A DNA stretch of 64,000 nt from Tubiluchus corallicola (taxonomy: Eukaryota; Animalia; Priapulida). Position numbers and translations under genes: made by a program. Below are positions 43,814 through 58,800 of the stretch, one piece after another. The stretch covers positions 372,001 to 436,000 of the forward strand of contig JAQGDQ010000096.1 in assembly GCA_030141605.1 (NCBI GenBank), written 5' to 3'. A model generated the notes under the pieces. It was not told the DNA's origin. It saw nothing but the letters and a program-made list of their open reading frames with translations, and did no database searches. Position 1 is the first letter of the stretch, and each line of letters starts with the position of its first letter.

Positions 43814-46800
43814 TTAAATTAGCTTAGATAAGACACTGGCAAGCATGTACGACAAATTGTTCTTCATATTCCTAAGAAGGCCCACACAGACAAAGGCATT
43901 ATTACATTTAAGAAAATTTGTAAATATATCCAGTGTTGCTGGTAAATAAGTTTGGTATGGCACAGTATATTGTTTCTCCACTTCTTCTAATTTGTGATGA
44001 AGTACTGATCGCTGTTGATCGTCAAGTAGTTTTAGATCAACTACCTAAATAAGGCAAAAGCAAACAATTACGAGACACCAAGTTAAAATCATAAACACAC
44101 ATTTTTAAAGACAAATAATTATCATTAGCTATTTCATCAACACCATTTTATACAGAATACTAAACACTTTATTTCTTACACTATTTTAGTAAACTGTTAA
44201 TGTAAATGTTGAATCTGTTATTGATTACCTTTATTAATTGTCATGAAACTATTACATATTAACAGCCCACACACACTGCTACAAATCCCAGTGAGTTACA
44301 TCAAACCTTCACTCATAAATAACATTGTCAGTAATGCCATGAAATGTTATGTACATTACTCATGTTACAAACAATTTTTCTTTCTGTTTATAACTTCATC
44401 AATATGTCATAAATGTCAAGCCAGTTTTCGGTTTTGCTAATGGTAAAGGCAGTTCATATATTTTATGGATCCAGTTAAACTAAATTTTATAGTTTGACTT
44501 TGTGCGACACGTAATAATAACTAACAATCGTTAATCTTCACTTAACGTATCATGGAGCTTTAAAACAGATAAGTAACATCTCTACTGATGTGCTTTTAGC
44601 TAAGCAGTTGCATTTTCAAATGTATAAGATCATACTGCTTACTTTATCTATTGCTGCTAGGTAGGAATAAATATAATCTGCTTCAGCCAAATGCAGCTTA
44701 CATAACACTGGTATGCTTCTCTTCACTATACTATAATTGCTTTCTTCAATGCTTTCAGTGCCGTGTAAAATCTATAATTATAAAACAAAGCCATCACATA
44801 CCTTTAATGTTTATATAAATGTTTACGCAAATATTCCACCGTCAGTATCACCATTGCCATCATAACTATGTAACAGTATCTGTATCACAATTAATAAGCT
44901 AGCTAAAATTAAGCGTCTACATAAAACAGTGTGGAACGATACTGCATAATCTACAGAGCAAGTCCTTGTTATGTTGAAATCTCATAATTTAGGTCTACCT
45001 AATGTCTTTAAGAAAACTATTTAAATTTAGACAAGTTCTATAGGGATGAATTTTCCTCTCATAAAGTTGAGTCCATAATCGAATTTTTCAAACTGATTTT
45101 GCATTACAAAACACTCTTTAATATTGAAAGAACAAAATCTTTTGCTTTTTGACATTTTCATTTATATGTGTACCTGATTCAAAAATTAGCCAACTAGTTG
45201 GCATCTATATAATTATACCGTTTGTGTCCATAGCAATGTGAAGTGTCCTACTAGCTACCAGTAATAAACAATATTCACGAAAAGAAAGGCATTTATCATT
45301 ATAGTAAACAGACATCTCCTGAATAGGAATCACAACAATATGAACGTTAAGCAGCAGTAAATTTTCAATATACGATAACAGTTAATAAATTCATCAGCCG
45401 TGCAATGCCTTCTCTGGTCATTCTGTAGGCGTCGCAACGCTTGAAGGCTTCAGGCTCAGACACTGGAGTTAGCGAGCGATTGATTAACAGTTCCATGTAC
45501 AGATGGCAGCGCATATTTTACGAAATTGTTTATTATAAAATCGATGTTTGTTGTCAAAAACTATCGCTTACGCCGAAACAGTTAGGAGAAAACACTTTAA
45601 AATAGAGTCGGCGCGCGACAGTATGTAAGTACTAATTAAATAAATAACTATGGTGTGTAAAAATTTTGTAAGAAAATTGCCAAAGATAATACGCAACAAA
45701 CACTTACTCCCAGCAAAATCCAAACATATATAAGCACTCAGCTGACTATTTCCTTGAGGGGTCCGAAGGTTACACACAACCACTTACTTGCAGATAAACT
45801 TTAGACTACAGTTAATGATTGAACCCGGGTAGCTGGATGGGCCCCTCTTTTACAACCACACGATTCTAAATTTAAAGGCCCCACTAATAACTGCTTTTTT
45901 CTAACCTCCATATTTTTCATTAACTTCTAATATTGCAATACATTTCATTTATTAGCTGAAACCAGCCTTCTAACTCAAGCACAATCTCTGCAGTACAGGA
46001 AATACCACAAAATCTCAGTTCCATAAATTAAAAACAAGCTATTTATTTTCTATGAAATTCCATTTAATTTGTGCAGTTGTGTGCTGTACTGATGTTTGGA
46101 CAGGGTTTATTCATGGACTATAATTAATTTTTCTAGTTATTATTCTAGTCACATACAATCAATCAGACAATAGACACCCGTGTTGAATGTGTATTTCAGT
46201 TGACTTCTTTACTTTGAAACTAATATGCTGCATGCATGCACGTTCGAAATAAAAATTAGGTAAATACATATATTTATAATTGTATAGATTAAAATGTTTC
46301 AGCAAAGTATCTTCCTTCCCCAAATAAATTTTTCAGCAAAGCTATTACTTTTCTGGAAAGTATTAATGATTTCTGAGAAGCAGTTCTTGGAAATAATACG
46401 AATACAAGCATCTAGCTGGCTAGCTTGCAAGACACACACGTTAACTAATTAATTAATTGCAGTAATTAACAAAAAACATAATTATGTTGGTACATGTACA
46501 GTTCAAGTAATGATGATATACGACGATGACAACGGCAATAATAACTACAGTAACGATACCAAGTGCAACAACAGCAGCAGGATGACAACAACATTCAGCT
46601 ACTGCTATCTAATCATTTAACACTGACAGCATCCACTAACCTACTAAAATTCTTATCATGTTGATGGTATTCTTCATATTGTTGATGCTGTTGTTGTTAT
46701 TGTTGTTGTTGTTTGTTGTTATTATTATTATTATTAATTACGATGAAGTGACAAAAAAGCAACACCGTTCAGCCATAGAAGAGTGAATTAAAGATTGTGA

Positions 46801-49800
46801 AATTACAGGATTTCTGAAAGCTAAAAAAATACATTATAAAAACTGTATGGTGTTTGTGCTCACCAAAGATAATAATTCAACAAAAGCATCAGCTGTACCA
46901 GCATTTTCAATGTCTTCTGCAAGACTGTGTAACAAGTATTGATTCCAAGGTTGATAAAGCAGGTGATGAGCTAAAAACACAGACTTGCAGTAATAATATT
47001 ATATATATATATATTATCAACATTGAGAAGTATCACAAATTGTAGTTACTTGTTTAATCAACCACACTTATACAGACTAGTCACAATTTCAAAATTTTAC
47101 AAATTAAGAAAGATTAGTTTGTTAGCAAATAATGCCGTATTTTTAGTGTTCACATAAAATCACACCATCAGAAAACCTTGTTGAAAATGTTAACGTTAAT
47201 GTGAATCTTTGTATTATAAAGCAACACTTACCTAAAGTGGGATTATGAATCTTCGCATGACTAATAAGCTTTACCAAACACTGGATGGCAACCTGCTGAA
47301 TCAGCCCAATTTCCTACAGTACAAAAAAACGATTTTTTATATAATGGAAATCATACTCAATACAAAATAATACTGAATACATATAATATTGCTCATTATT
47401 GCTAATACACGAAATATTAAATAAACATTAATATTATTTAAGAGGGTGTAAATTTAATGTAAGTGGATTCAAGCAGAAATTGCATGCTTGCAGTTGTTGA
47501 CCATAGTGTGGTTGCTTTACCCTAATATTCTTTTCTTTGCAACCAAATGTGGCTGCTACTGTATTAAAACTTACCTTAAAGATGATATTTTGTAGACAGA
47601 TAAGCAGAACTCGCAGGTCACGATTTTGCAATTTCAAGTATGAATCTTCATTGATAACTTCTGGTGCCCTACATTACAATTAAGTCAAATTACTACATCT
47701 TTATTACTATGCAGACAAGGGTGTTTTACTGGGCATTTTTTGAAACATGAAATATATACGGTATTAAAAGTAACTGCTGGTTAATGATACTATTTGTTAC
47801 GCAATGTTCAATTAAAGATGTGGCAAGGTAATATATCCAGCTTGAAGGCAATTCACAAACTCTAGTGTATAGACTTGTTTTATGAACAGACAGTTATTGT
47901 TTTGTAATTATAAAATTACTGTAGTTGAAACATGTGATAATGTGACATTGTAACAGTCTGCTATCTAGTTTTGTTCATAACAGCTCATAAAACAATAAAA
48001 AAATATTCTGTTATGTTATACGAACATAAGCTGCATGAGAACTGGACAAAACTCGATAACACAGTGTCACAGTATCACATGATTCAACTACAATAACTTT
48101 GCAATTTTAATACAATATCTGCCAATTTGGAAAACAGTTCATAAATAAATATTCTAATATGTAAATATACAATGAATCTTTAATAATATTGTTCGGTCTT
48201 ATGGCACAGTGATACCTATTGAACTATTTTGAACCTTGGAAGACTTTCCTCCAAAAGACAACTTTCCAAAAACATACTGCAGTCTGACAGCTGTGTGATT
48301 TTTGGAGTTCAGCTTTGACAGCTTATAAGACACAAAGAATGGCCTAATTGATATGGTTTCATTTTTATCCAATTTGAAAGACTATTTCATATGGTTCATT
48401 CATATAGAAATCCAGAATGGAACTTGGAAAATTGCTGCTCATATAAAAATTCATGCAGACTGTCTTTTGGAGAAATTTTTTCTAACCCAGCAATCAACAG
48501 TCTTTGTTTTTTATCAGATATCAGTTATATTATTTGGAATACCCACTGTATTTGCTAACAACAGACACAACTGTTGGCTGTTGTGTATGAATTTATTACA
48601 CAATTATTATCACACTTTGTTACAGTACTATGTGAATCAGTAGCAGAATTAAGTAAGCACAAAACCAAACACACTATTTTGGACATAGAGAAAACTTAAT
48701 TTTGTATGACAGATTACTTCTGAAGTATAAAGATAATTTAAAAAAGAAAGATCTTTGGAACAGTTGGAACATATTCTAGGTTACCTGATCAGAAATTTGG
48801 AAGCCAGTTACATAGCTGCAACAAGCATAATTTTTAGATTCAACTGTAGCTCGATACTTAGAGCTGTGAGTGCAGTTAAAGCTTATAAACAAATGTATCT
48901 TTCCAGTCTCTCGCTGTTAATATGATAAAGCTATCTGGGGGGGGGGGGGGTGAGGGACATCATGAACTTTGTCTCTCCCATTTTTCAGTTACCATATTCA
49001 AAACTGTACATCCGTTGCAGTATTCAATCTTACTCTCTCATGTAATTTATAAGAAAAGTACTCTGAGGTCATGGCTTCAAAGATGTTGTAATAACAGCTA
49101 TTCAAAGACAGCCTTGATTAAGTCTTCAAAAGTTGGCAAAATTCAAGGAACGTTGGACTGACGGTCTTGTTTATATTAGCAAATGATCATTATGTTGACA
49201 TCAGCATTCAACTATCATTATGTTATACTTTTGCCAAGCAAAGAATTTCAAAAGTATCTATTTTAGTCAATTACAGAATAAATGTTTATTTAAACAACAA
49301 GAATTTCTGGTTAAGTTGTCATTACGCAGGTCAAATCTGGTTAGTGGAATGATTAAGTCTAAGTAATACTGTCCTTCCTGCAGGTAAAAATCCAGCAAAT
49401 ATTGACCAGCAAGATACTCACTCAGGATAAGCTCAGATCCAAGGAAATTGGCTACAACTTTTTTTCAAAATTTTCTGGGCGAGTACCTTGACTCCTCATC
49501 ACAGCCTTGTACTCAGTGGTCTGTGATGATTACTTGTCCCCCAACCCCACTTTTCAGAAGTGATCTGCGCCCATGTATAACATACTAGCAATGCACGACT
49601 TACTTATGTTCACTGCGAACATCTAGAAGTGAACAGCTGCCATCGATCCTAAAATAGGCCATCCAAATGAGTAAGCTGCTTAAGCGAGTAGAAGCTTCAT
49701 TCTTATATGACAACAGTTCAAATAACCTCTCAGCCTGAACAACAATTGTACAGCAAGACTAGAAACAAAAACAAAGAATTATAATCTGGCATTTAGTAAG

Positions 49801-52800
49801 CACTGCATACATCTTTGACAAATGTAACTGCTCACATGTCAACAAAGTGAGCAGTTATAGTACTCCTACTACTTACTAGCTCTCATATTTTCTGTTATTA
49901 TTTCAAAATGTCCTAGCATGGTCTATAAGTTCAAAATGGTCTATAAATTTTTGGCAAAATATTTTTCAGTGTATCTATACTGCAAGTGCTCATACTGTAA
50001 TGCTTCTACTCTTCGTTTATAGTCTGCACTCTTTTAAATGTTACGGCCTATTGGCAAGAACGTTTATCAGTTGTAAAACTGTCGGTTCAAAGCATAATTA
50101 TTGTAATCTTAAGTTATTCAATAAAAGTATGTTCAAACTAAAAAAAAACTACAACTGCAAATTTAAAATGTTATAGTAACAAACCTCAATTTTAAACTCC
50201 TGTTGAAAAATCACTAAAGTCGTCAAGAAAGTCGATAATGGAAGTGTAACACCATCATTACTACCATCATCTGTTATACTTTTTACAAGCTTGTCCAATG
50301 CTTCCAACTGGTGATCAATAGAAGATGTAACATTACAGTTAGTTACATCACTACTTGGTATCTCAGACAGTAACTGATGTTGTAACCGTTTTAGGAGTAC
50401 ATCGTTCGACAGAATAATGGAGAGTACTTTAAAACACAACAGAAAAAAGTGCACATATCAGATACACAAATTAACTGATACAATTTTATACATTAGTGTT
50501 ATATATTTGAAAAGTATTGGGAAAAGTCAGTACAGTCTGGCAAAAGAATATTATTGCAATTCCGTCAAATAAAAACTTACGAAAACTAAAGAGTTTTAAA
50601 ACAAAACTTCAACATAAGAAATATTCAGATATTTCTTCGTCTATTCCATGTTGTTATAACAATTTTGTTATCTCACCTCTGGTGTCTTTCTGCATGGATG
50701 ATTGCACAAGCACAATATGTAAATAATTCAGTAGATTTGCCACTACACTCTGTGATGAAGCTTCTCTGTATAGCAACTGGATAACTGAAGTGTAAAATAT
50801 GGAACATTGATGAATCTGCTTGAAATTTGTTGTTATTACAAATAAAATAGAAACAAATCTCACACACACGCATATATATATATATATATATATATGTATT
50901 ATATATATATTTTATAAAATATGTATTATAGTTTGAAGATAGTTTGAATATACATATATAATCGTTACATTTTTATGTATTTCTTATAAACTTTGGGATG
51001 TCGGAATCCAACACTCAAACGCAGGACCAACTTAACAAAATGTTTGTGGCACGACTGGTACCTAGTTTATTATCAAGGATATTCTTCAAAGATGAACCAC
51101 TGAACTGGTAGAAGTGTCTCAGCCACATTCTGATGTGTACACATGTGTATATAAGATAAACAGGCAAGATTTGCAAATAATGCCACCCGAAGCAAATATC
51201 TAACCCAGGTGTTCACATGCCACTCATGCAGAGCACTCATCTATCCACTCGACCATGAACCCACCAAAATATTATATTGTTTTGGTTAGTGTTATAACAA
51301 TGATGTCATACTACTGGGTTAACAAAAGTTATCTTATCAAAATTGCTTTGCTTGATTGAAAAGTGTCATGTCCTGCTGCATATAACATTTTGTCTTAAAT
51401 AAATACATACTTTTATATACTAGCTTGAGATCATCCGAAGAGCTTTTCAAATAACAAACTTTTAATTTCCTATGAAGCTTAATTGCTATGGCAACATCAA
51501 GCAAATGTAGGAGAACTGAAAATAAATAATCCTTACAGACATATACAATCAAAAATAGTAATAATTTCAATTTTATTCACTGCAAAAGTAAAAAATAACC
51601 CTGTTTCATAGTTGTATTCACATAAACAGTGTCTTGTTATAAAAGTTTTTCTACTAACCGTTATCGCAAATGTTCTCAACATCCACAAGATCAGGTAATA
51701 ATGAGTTTACGGGCAAAAGAAATTCTTCAGCACTAAGTTCATAATAATCACCAGCTGCTAACTCATCCTGTACAATCAATTTGTATAAAACATAAGATGT
51801 TTTACAAGAGTGAAGCGGAAGCAACATTTATCATTTTTCCAGGCATGTAGTTTGGCAATTAGACAAATTACTTTTTTATTATTCTGTAATGTTTCTGACT
51901 GATTTAGTTGATAGCTTCTTAGTTAGAATGTTGGCAGATGTGGTTATTCTTTGCTTGTCTACATGAATAAAAAAACAATAAATAATTGTTTAGCATAATT
52001 TTCCTATGCTTTAGCTTAAGCATCTCAGATTAGTTAATATGGGTGAGTGAGATAATAAGCGAACGCAACTGCAAGTTTTTACAACTTAAAAACTTATGTA
52101 ATTTATTATACTGGATGAAGATATTAGTGGAGTAGTTAATGACCTTGAATGAGAGCGTCAACAACAAATTCTCTTACAGGCTACCTGTTTAACAGTAGGT
52201 TGTTAAAACACACAGAAGGGATGGTGAGAGTAAAGGCTTACACAATAAAGTTTAGATCTTCAGAAAACCAGGATCATCTTTCTTACACAAACACATCTTC
52301 ACCAAAACAGAGTACAAACAAAATATCTCTAATAATGAAGTAATCACCAAATTAGCTTATTAAACATGATTAGATGAAAAAAAAGAATAAAGACGTAGGG
52401 AAACTGACTGCTGATGAGGAAAACAATTTCTTACACAGCCATAAACACAACCATCAGCTTTTATTCAGCAGACACAAACGTCTGCAGTTAAGGTCATGTT
52501 CACTGCAATAATTTTTTTACACTGTATTTTTGTGTAGGTGGATTGTTGTGTGAACATGCCCTTAAAGACAAAATACAAGAGTTATTTACCATCACTCACT
52601 TAACAAACAACGTTAGCACAGACATTTGTATCTAAATAAAAGCTGTGTTCTTCTGTAAGTGGGTGCTGGTTGTTATTTTTGTTTTAAGATATAAGGATAG
52701 GTGATAGTGAACAATTTCTACATTCTTAGCTTTGCCAGACAAGGAGGACAAGTGCTTAACCCATTACTCAGCCTTCTTTCTTTCTCTAATACATAACCAG

Positions 52801-55800
52801 GTACTCAGAGCAGGTGAGCAGATTTAGCAAGGTGGCCGGAAAGCTTTGTTGAAGTGGAACATGGCTTGAAAAATCATAATAGTGGGATTTGAACGCACAA
52901 CCCCTGGATCAGCTGCCAAGCATGATATGACTTGGTTGCAGTGCCTTCTACTCAGATAAGCAGGAAAATAACTACTGTCAATTGTTAATTCAATAACACC
53001 TAAACATAGTCCAAAAATGTTTGAGCCGAACAGCTGCTATAAGTTACCTCTTCATTCAAAATCTCCAATATAATTTTAAGGCTCAAATTGAGAACTTCAG
53101 GTGAGCATTTCTTTAGTAAAGCCTAAATAGGAAAATAGATATAATCAAAACAAATTTACAAAATATGTTCTGCACGTTTAATGCGTATTTAGGCTATAAT
53201 TAGCATAATGCCACGCTAACTGATCTTCAATTAATAATTGCTTAAACAAATAATTAAATAATAAAAATTGTACTTAGCAAAAATAGTTTGCTATTATTAA
53301 TCTTCTAATAAAAAGCTATCATTCCAAACAAACAAACACAGAATTTTCACAAACCAGAAATGTGCTCCGGAAGAGATCACAGTGTTTAATCATAGATGAA
53401 GCCAAGTGAATCCGTTCCATGTCTTCTTGACCATACACTTGCTCAAACCACTGACTGAGCTGCATTTATAAAAATTATTTAAATGTTGGTATCAGTTGAC
53501 CAAATTGTCATTTAACTCATCAAACTCTGAATCTAAACAGAATCCAGTTTCTATATCAGATTCAGGCAAAGTTGTAATCCTAGCTTGTTATTAAACTAAC
53601 TGTTAAATTCTGATATATAAGGTACTATTTTTATGTTTTCATTACAATTCTCTTTACATGAGAGCTTCTTTCTAAGTTATTTTCACCTGTATTCTGACAA
53701 TTTGAATTTTACTCTTGTGACTATGAAATGATGTAATTATTCTATGCTTTGATTAGTAGTTTCATAATTGCACTGATTATGTTTTAGCTTGATTTATAGC
53801 AACGAAAATGATTGTCTGTGCTACTAAACAAGACGATAGAAATAGACTTGTTCAAACTCTGTTATACCCATTTGGATTCAGCATTAAGCCAGAGAAAACA
53901 AATTCTCTAGACATTTTGATATCAACAAAGCTGTGACAATGAGAAACTTAACGACAACCCCAAAGTGTCGAAAAAATGATTAGCAAAACTGGGAAGTTAA
54001 GCACAGACAAATTTATTCACTTAAGACAAAGTCATGTGGATGGCTTTTGATCGCTTAAAATATCTTTTTAAAAGCTTAAATACATACATATTCAGCACAT
54101 CATGAAACTGCTATCAAAAATTTGTTCAAATCTTTGAAAATTTTTGGTAATTAATAGTCACTAATAGACAAATAAACTTACCAACTCCTGACCATAAAAG
54201 TCTGCTAGATTATAGTTGCTGAATATCCACTGCAATATGACTATAATGTCAGACTCGGTTATATGAAGTTGTTGTAATGATAATGATGACACATAACTAA
54301 TCAGATTCTGACTAGCAGCAACTTGATCCTGGCTGTATGACTGTCCTTGAGAAAAAACTGTTACTTCTGTTTTCTGAAAAAATATAATGAACTGAACAAT
54401 TTGTAAGTTAGCTGACAAAAAATTCTCTATTAGTGAAATTATTAAAATCTAGAACTATTTTTAGTGCAAGCTCTACTACTACTAATACTGCTGTTACTAT
54501 TAATTATGATTATTATTATTATTATCATCATTTATTCGGACATACATACTTAAGACAGATAGAAACATGCAGTTCAATTAGTTAGCATATAAATAGACAG
54601 ATTAACAAAAACAAAACCACAAAAAACAACAAAACATGTTACACAGTAAATATAAAAATGTAAAGTAAACTTATCATTAGTACCTATGAGAGCTTAACCT
54701 ACATATATATGTTTTACTATACATATCAGTTCTTCTTTGCAGAAAAAAAGAATAATCTTTCCTTTCTAATGCGCAAAGTATATCAATTAACAAAGATCAT
54801 AATATTGTTCGGTATTCATTCACATAGGAAGCTTCCTTGTTTATTGCTTTCTGGATAAATTCTGCTAATAATTGCTAATTTTGTTATCAAAATGCTAAAT
54901 ACCAAGAGTTCGTATGTTATGTCCCAAAATAGAATTCACAGAGTACATAGCTTGTTTGGCAAAAAAACTGACAATACAATTAGTGCTATTCATACATGAG
55001 ATGAAAAATTTAACAAAACAGTGATTCATACAGGTAACTGGCTCGTGCAAGATCACATTAATAATGTTATTAGTAACAGCACATCAGCAAAGAAAATTGA
55101 TAAAATAAGTAAAAAGCTATATATGTAAATACTCACTGCAAACAGTAACAAGAGTTGCTTTACAGACATTAGAGAGAACTCTGATAAATCTGAGTGTAGG
55201 GTAAGAAACAAACATAAAGCTTTATACACATTCTCACTAGGTAAAGCCCTGAATAAAAATACAGTATACACAAAAATTATTTTTAATAGCACAAAAGTAA
55301 ACAACTTTCAGTGCTTTATAAAAGTCTGATACTGACACTAAAATCACTCATGTTTTTTACCGTTTCTTGGTACTTTCAAATTGAAATTCAAAGGAAATTT
55401 AAACTATAAATTCAAATAATGACTCTATATTAAGAAAAACTGTAAAAAAATCTTGAGTAACTTTTGATACTTTTTGTACTATGTCAAACCATGTAGCAAA
55501 TCTTAGTCGGTCAGCGTTATTAGCTTTGTGGAAAATTAGAAAGAGCAGGCATATTCTCAACCACCAGACAAATGAAATACTCATACATGCATTCATAATA
55601 TCCAAACTTGATGATTGCAATGATTTACTTTTTGGATTCACTGAACATGAAAATCATGAACTTCAGCTAATTCAGAGCTCTGCTGTTTGTCTCATTGCCA
55701 AAATTAGAAAATATGATCACATTACACCTATTCTAAGAGAATTACATTGCTGCTGGTAAAGTTACGAATTCAATTTAAAATTCATTGTATCACCTACAAA

Positions 55801-58800
55801 ATAATACATGGTCTGGCACCTGCATATCTTACTGGTCTTTTAATACGCCATGATATAGGAGGAAAACTTAGTTCTAATGCTAATGAACAATACATCAGCC
55901 AATGCCTAATACAGAATTCTATAGTGAAAAAATTTTGTCTGTCTGTGCTCCACGTCTCTGGAATAACTTACCTGTTGCTAAACATTATGCAAATTCATTA
56001 AATTCTTTTAAACAACATCTTAAAACACATCTGTTTAGACTGTATTTAAACAATAAATTATTTTTGAATTTTTAGTGTCTTTAAAATTTTAAGTATTTTA
56101 TGAATTTTAAATGTATTTTATTGTTCAGCATGCTGAGATTTTAAATGATGTAGTGCGCTATATAAATAATTTTTACAATTACATTGCAATCTTACCTGAG
56201 TTCATGTATCCAAGTAAAATAACATAATGATAAGCAGGTAGCCTGAGATGCTATCAGTTTTTCATTACCAGTGCTTAGTTGACCAAGAACACTGAGTGTA
56301 TCAGTTAGAGCTCCTGAACATACAAAAATAATGCTCAAATCAAAGCCACAGGTTGACAATGAACCAGTAATTAGTGGTCACTGTTTCTCATGTTTAGTTC
56401 AATTTCAGGACATGACATTTAGTGCTTGCTGCTGGGTGCTACGTTAATGATCATACACTTGCGAAACATATACTAAAACATAAAGTTTATAAATTATCTT
56501 TGTTGTACCAGCATGTACTACTTGATACAATATATATTAGTTTAGTTTAGTTAATTTTAGTTCATTACATACCAAATTAAAAGTATACTATATACATTAA
56601 AATATATACATACACATACACTCATATACATCATATAAAATATAGAATACATATTAAAATATGTACATGCATAAAAAGCAATGTAATAATGAGGAGCGGT
56701 GTGAGGGAGACACAAAAAGCAAATGTTTCTTACATGTGCCTGTCAAATACTAAGAAAGCATCAAGAATGACAAAACTTATTACCATTTAAAACGTTTGCA
56801 TTTCAAGCTTTTACCAATGGTTTATCATTTACAATTTCTAGTAAACTGTTCCAAGTCAGAACAACCCTATTACAAAAAAATGACAAAGTGTTTCGTAATA
56901 GATCGCTTGACATACAATTTAAGTGAGTTGTTACTACTCGTCCAATTAGACAAGCCAAAAATAAGAATAATCAGCAATTAAACATAAGAAACATACCACA
57001 TAATTGTTGAATACCAAGTTTGATTGTGTTGCTTGCAAAGCTGAATGACTGCACTGTATTCACATCATCAGAAACACCAGAACTCGTTGAATGTAATATG
57101 CAGAGTGTAGAAGTCAGAAAATCATCTGCAGCATTCATCAGACTAAAATAGAATGAAACTTTTTAAACAAAACGTATGACAATGATACAATCCTTGCTGA
57201 GAAGTATCTACCACGAAAGGCACAAACCTAAGGCAGTTGCAAAACCAAGACAGCAATGCATTGTATTGAGAGCTTATGAAAGATGTTTGGAAACAACAAA
57301 ATATTTAACAACTAAGAAGTGACCTGACAGGCTGCAGCACAGATTGTAGAAAAAAGGTTCATCCAAAATTAAACTAAAATTGTATTGAATAATGCCAAAA
57401 ACTTCAAAAAACCTAAACACTAAAAACACATTAATAAAGTCTATTAAAACCCATTGTGAAACTAATGCTCTCAAATTACTTTCATCTGTAGACTGGCTAA
57501 CCCTAGAGACCTAGCTGGATGGATTACTAATGACACTTGTACAGACAAATCTAACTTTTTTAACTACTCCATAAATTTTTTGTTAGACAGTAACAATAGT
57601 TAGCCGTTATATAATAGAAAATAATATAAAAATGCCTCAATAGAGACATTATAAAAATATAAAATGCAGAATAATCAGTACATCTCTCTGCACTACCAGG
57701 TAGTTAGGAAAATACTTACACAGCAGTGATAACTGTTAGTAAAATTGACTGTTTAACCCCTAACATATGAATGTGATTGTTGTACATTATCAGAAGGAAT
57801 AAATCCATATAAGACTACTGACGTGGACAGCATAAGAGTCAAAACCATAGTTTATCACAAACATCAAAACTGCTGAACATTGACTCATGAAATGACCTAG
57901 TGAGGAAAAATATTAAAGAGAAATGCTTATGTAAAAGTTGACATCATTCGAATCTGCTCAGATCGTATCTTATTTTCTAGCTTGGCATGTCACTTCCTGA
58001 CTCAAATTTTAACAGTTTTGATAGCTAACTTCTAATTTTAATTTTCACTTTCTACTCACTATTTTAATATATCTAATATAGTTTTATATTACAGATCTCT
58101 CCCTGCTAGTAGCACACCACAACTAGTTTCATTTTTCTCTCTCTGTATGCCTAATGTACCACAAACAGTTTGCCTAACACTTTTACATCAGCAGCATATA
58201 GCCGGTTTGACAAAAACTGTATTACACTGCTAAGTACATTCAGTGCTCGCAGCACATTATTGCTTGCATGTTTCTAGTGACATTTTGTGTGACTTTTGTG
58301 TTTCTATTCATGAGTGATTAACTAAAAAGCAAAAATTAACAATCCATGATTTTTGTACCTTCACATGTTTTTTCTTCTAAATGAAGACTGTGCTTAACTG
58401 AAATATCGTCACAATCTTATTTATTTATTTATTGTACATTTTTGATTAATTTTGCCCATTTCTGCCGATGAGAGTTTTTAACAGAACATATAGATATTAT
58501 AGCATTCTCATACTGGGACACTAATACTATCTTGCACGTAACAGATTACAAACTAGTCACATAAAGTATACTTTATGCTAAATGTTTAACAGTCAAACTG
58601 TGTAAAACTTTTTTTCTAACACCTACACTGAAAAAGTACCACGTTTTTACTTTAAACAATATAAACCTTTGATCATGATTAAACATGGCCTTCCAGTCTA
58701 AACTTAGTCGTAAAAAACCAGCACTAACAAGTTTGTTGCTCATCTTCTGTAGCACATCGAGAGGCAGCAACTTGTGGAATGTTTGCAGCATTTGTAGCAT

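Noticed and set aside
57720-57896. A 177-nt exon with two in-frame stops, suggesting readthrough or a pseudogene
   Set aside because: An internal acceptor (cagtag| at 57814) gives a stop-free, phase-compatible exon, so no recoding is needed.
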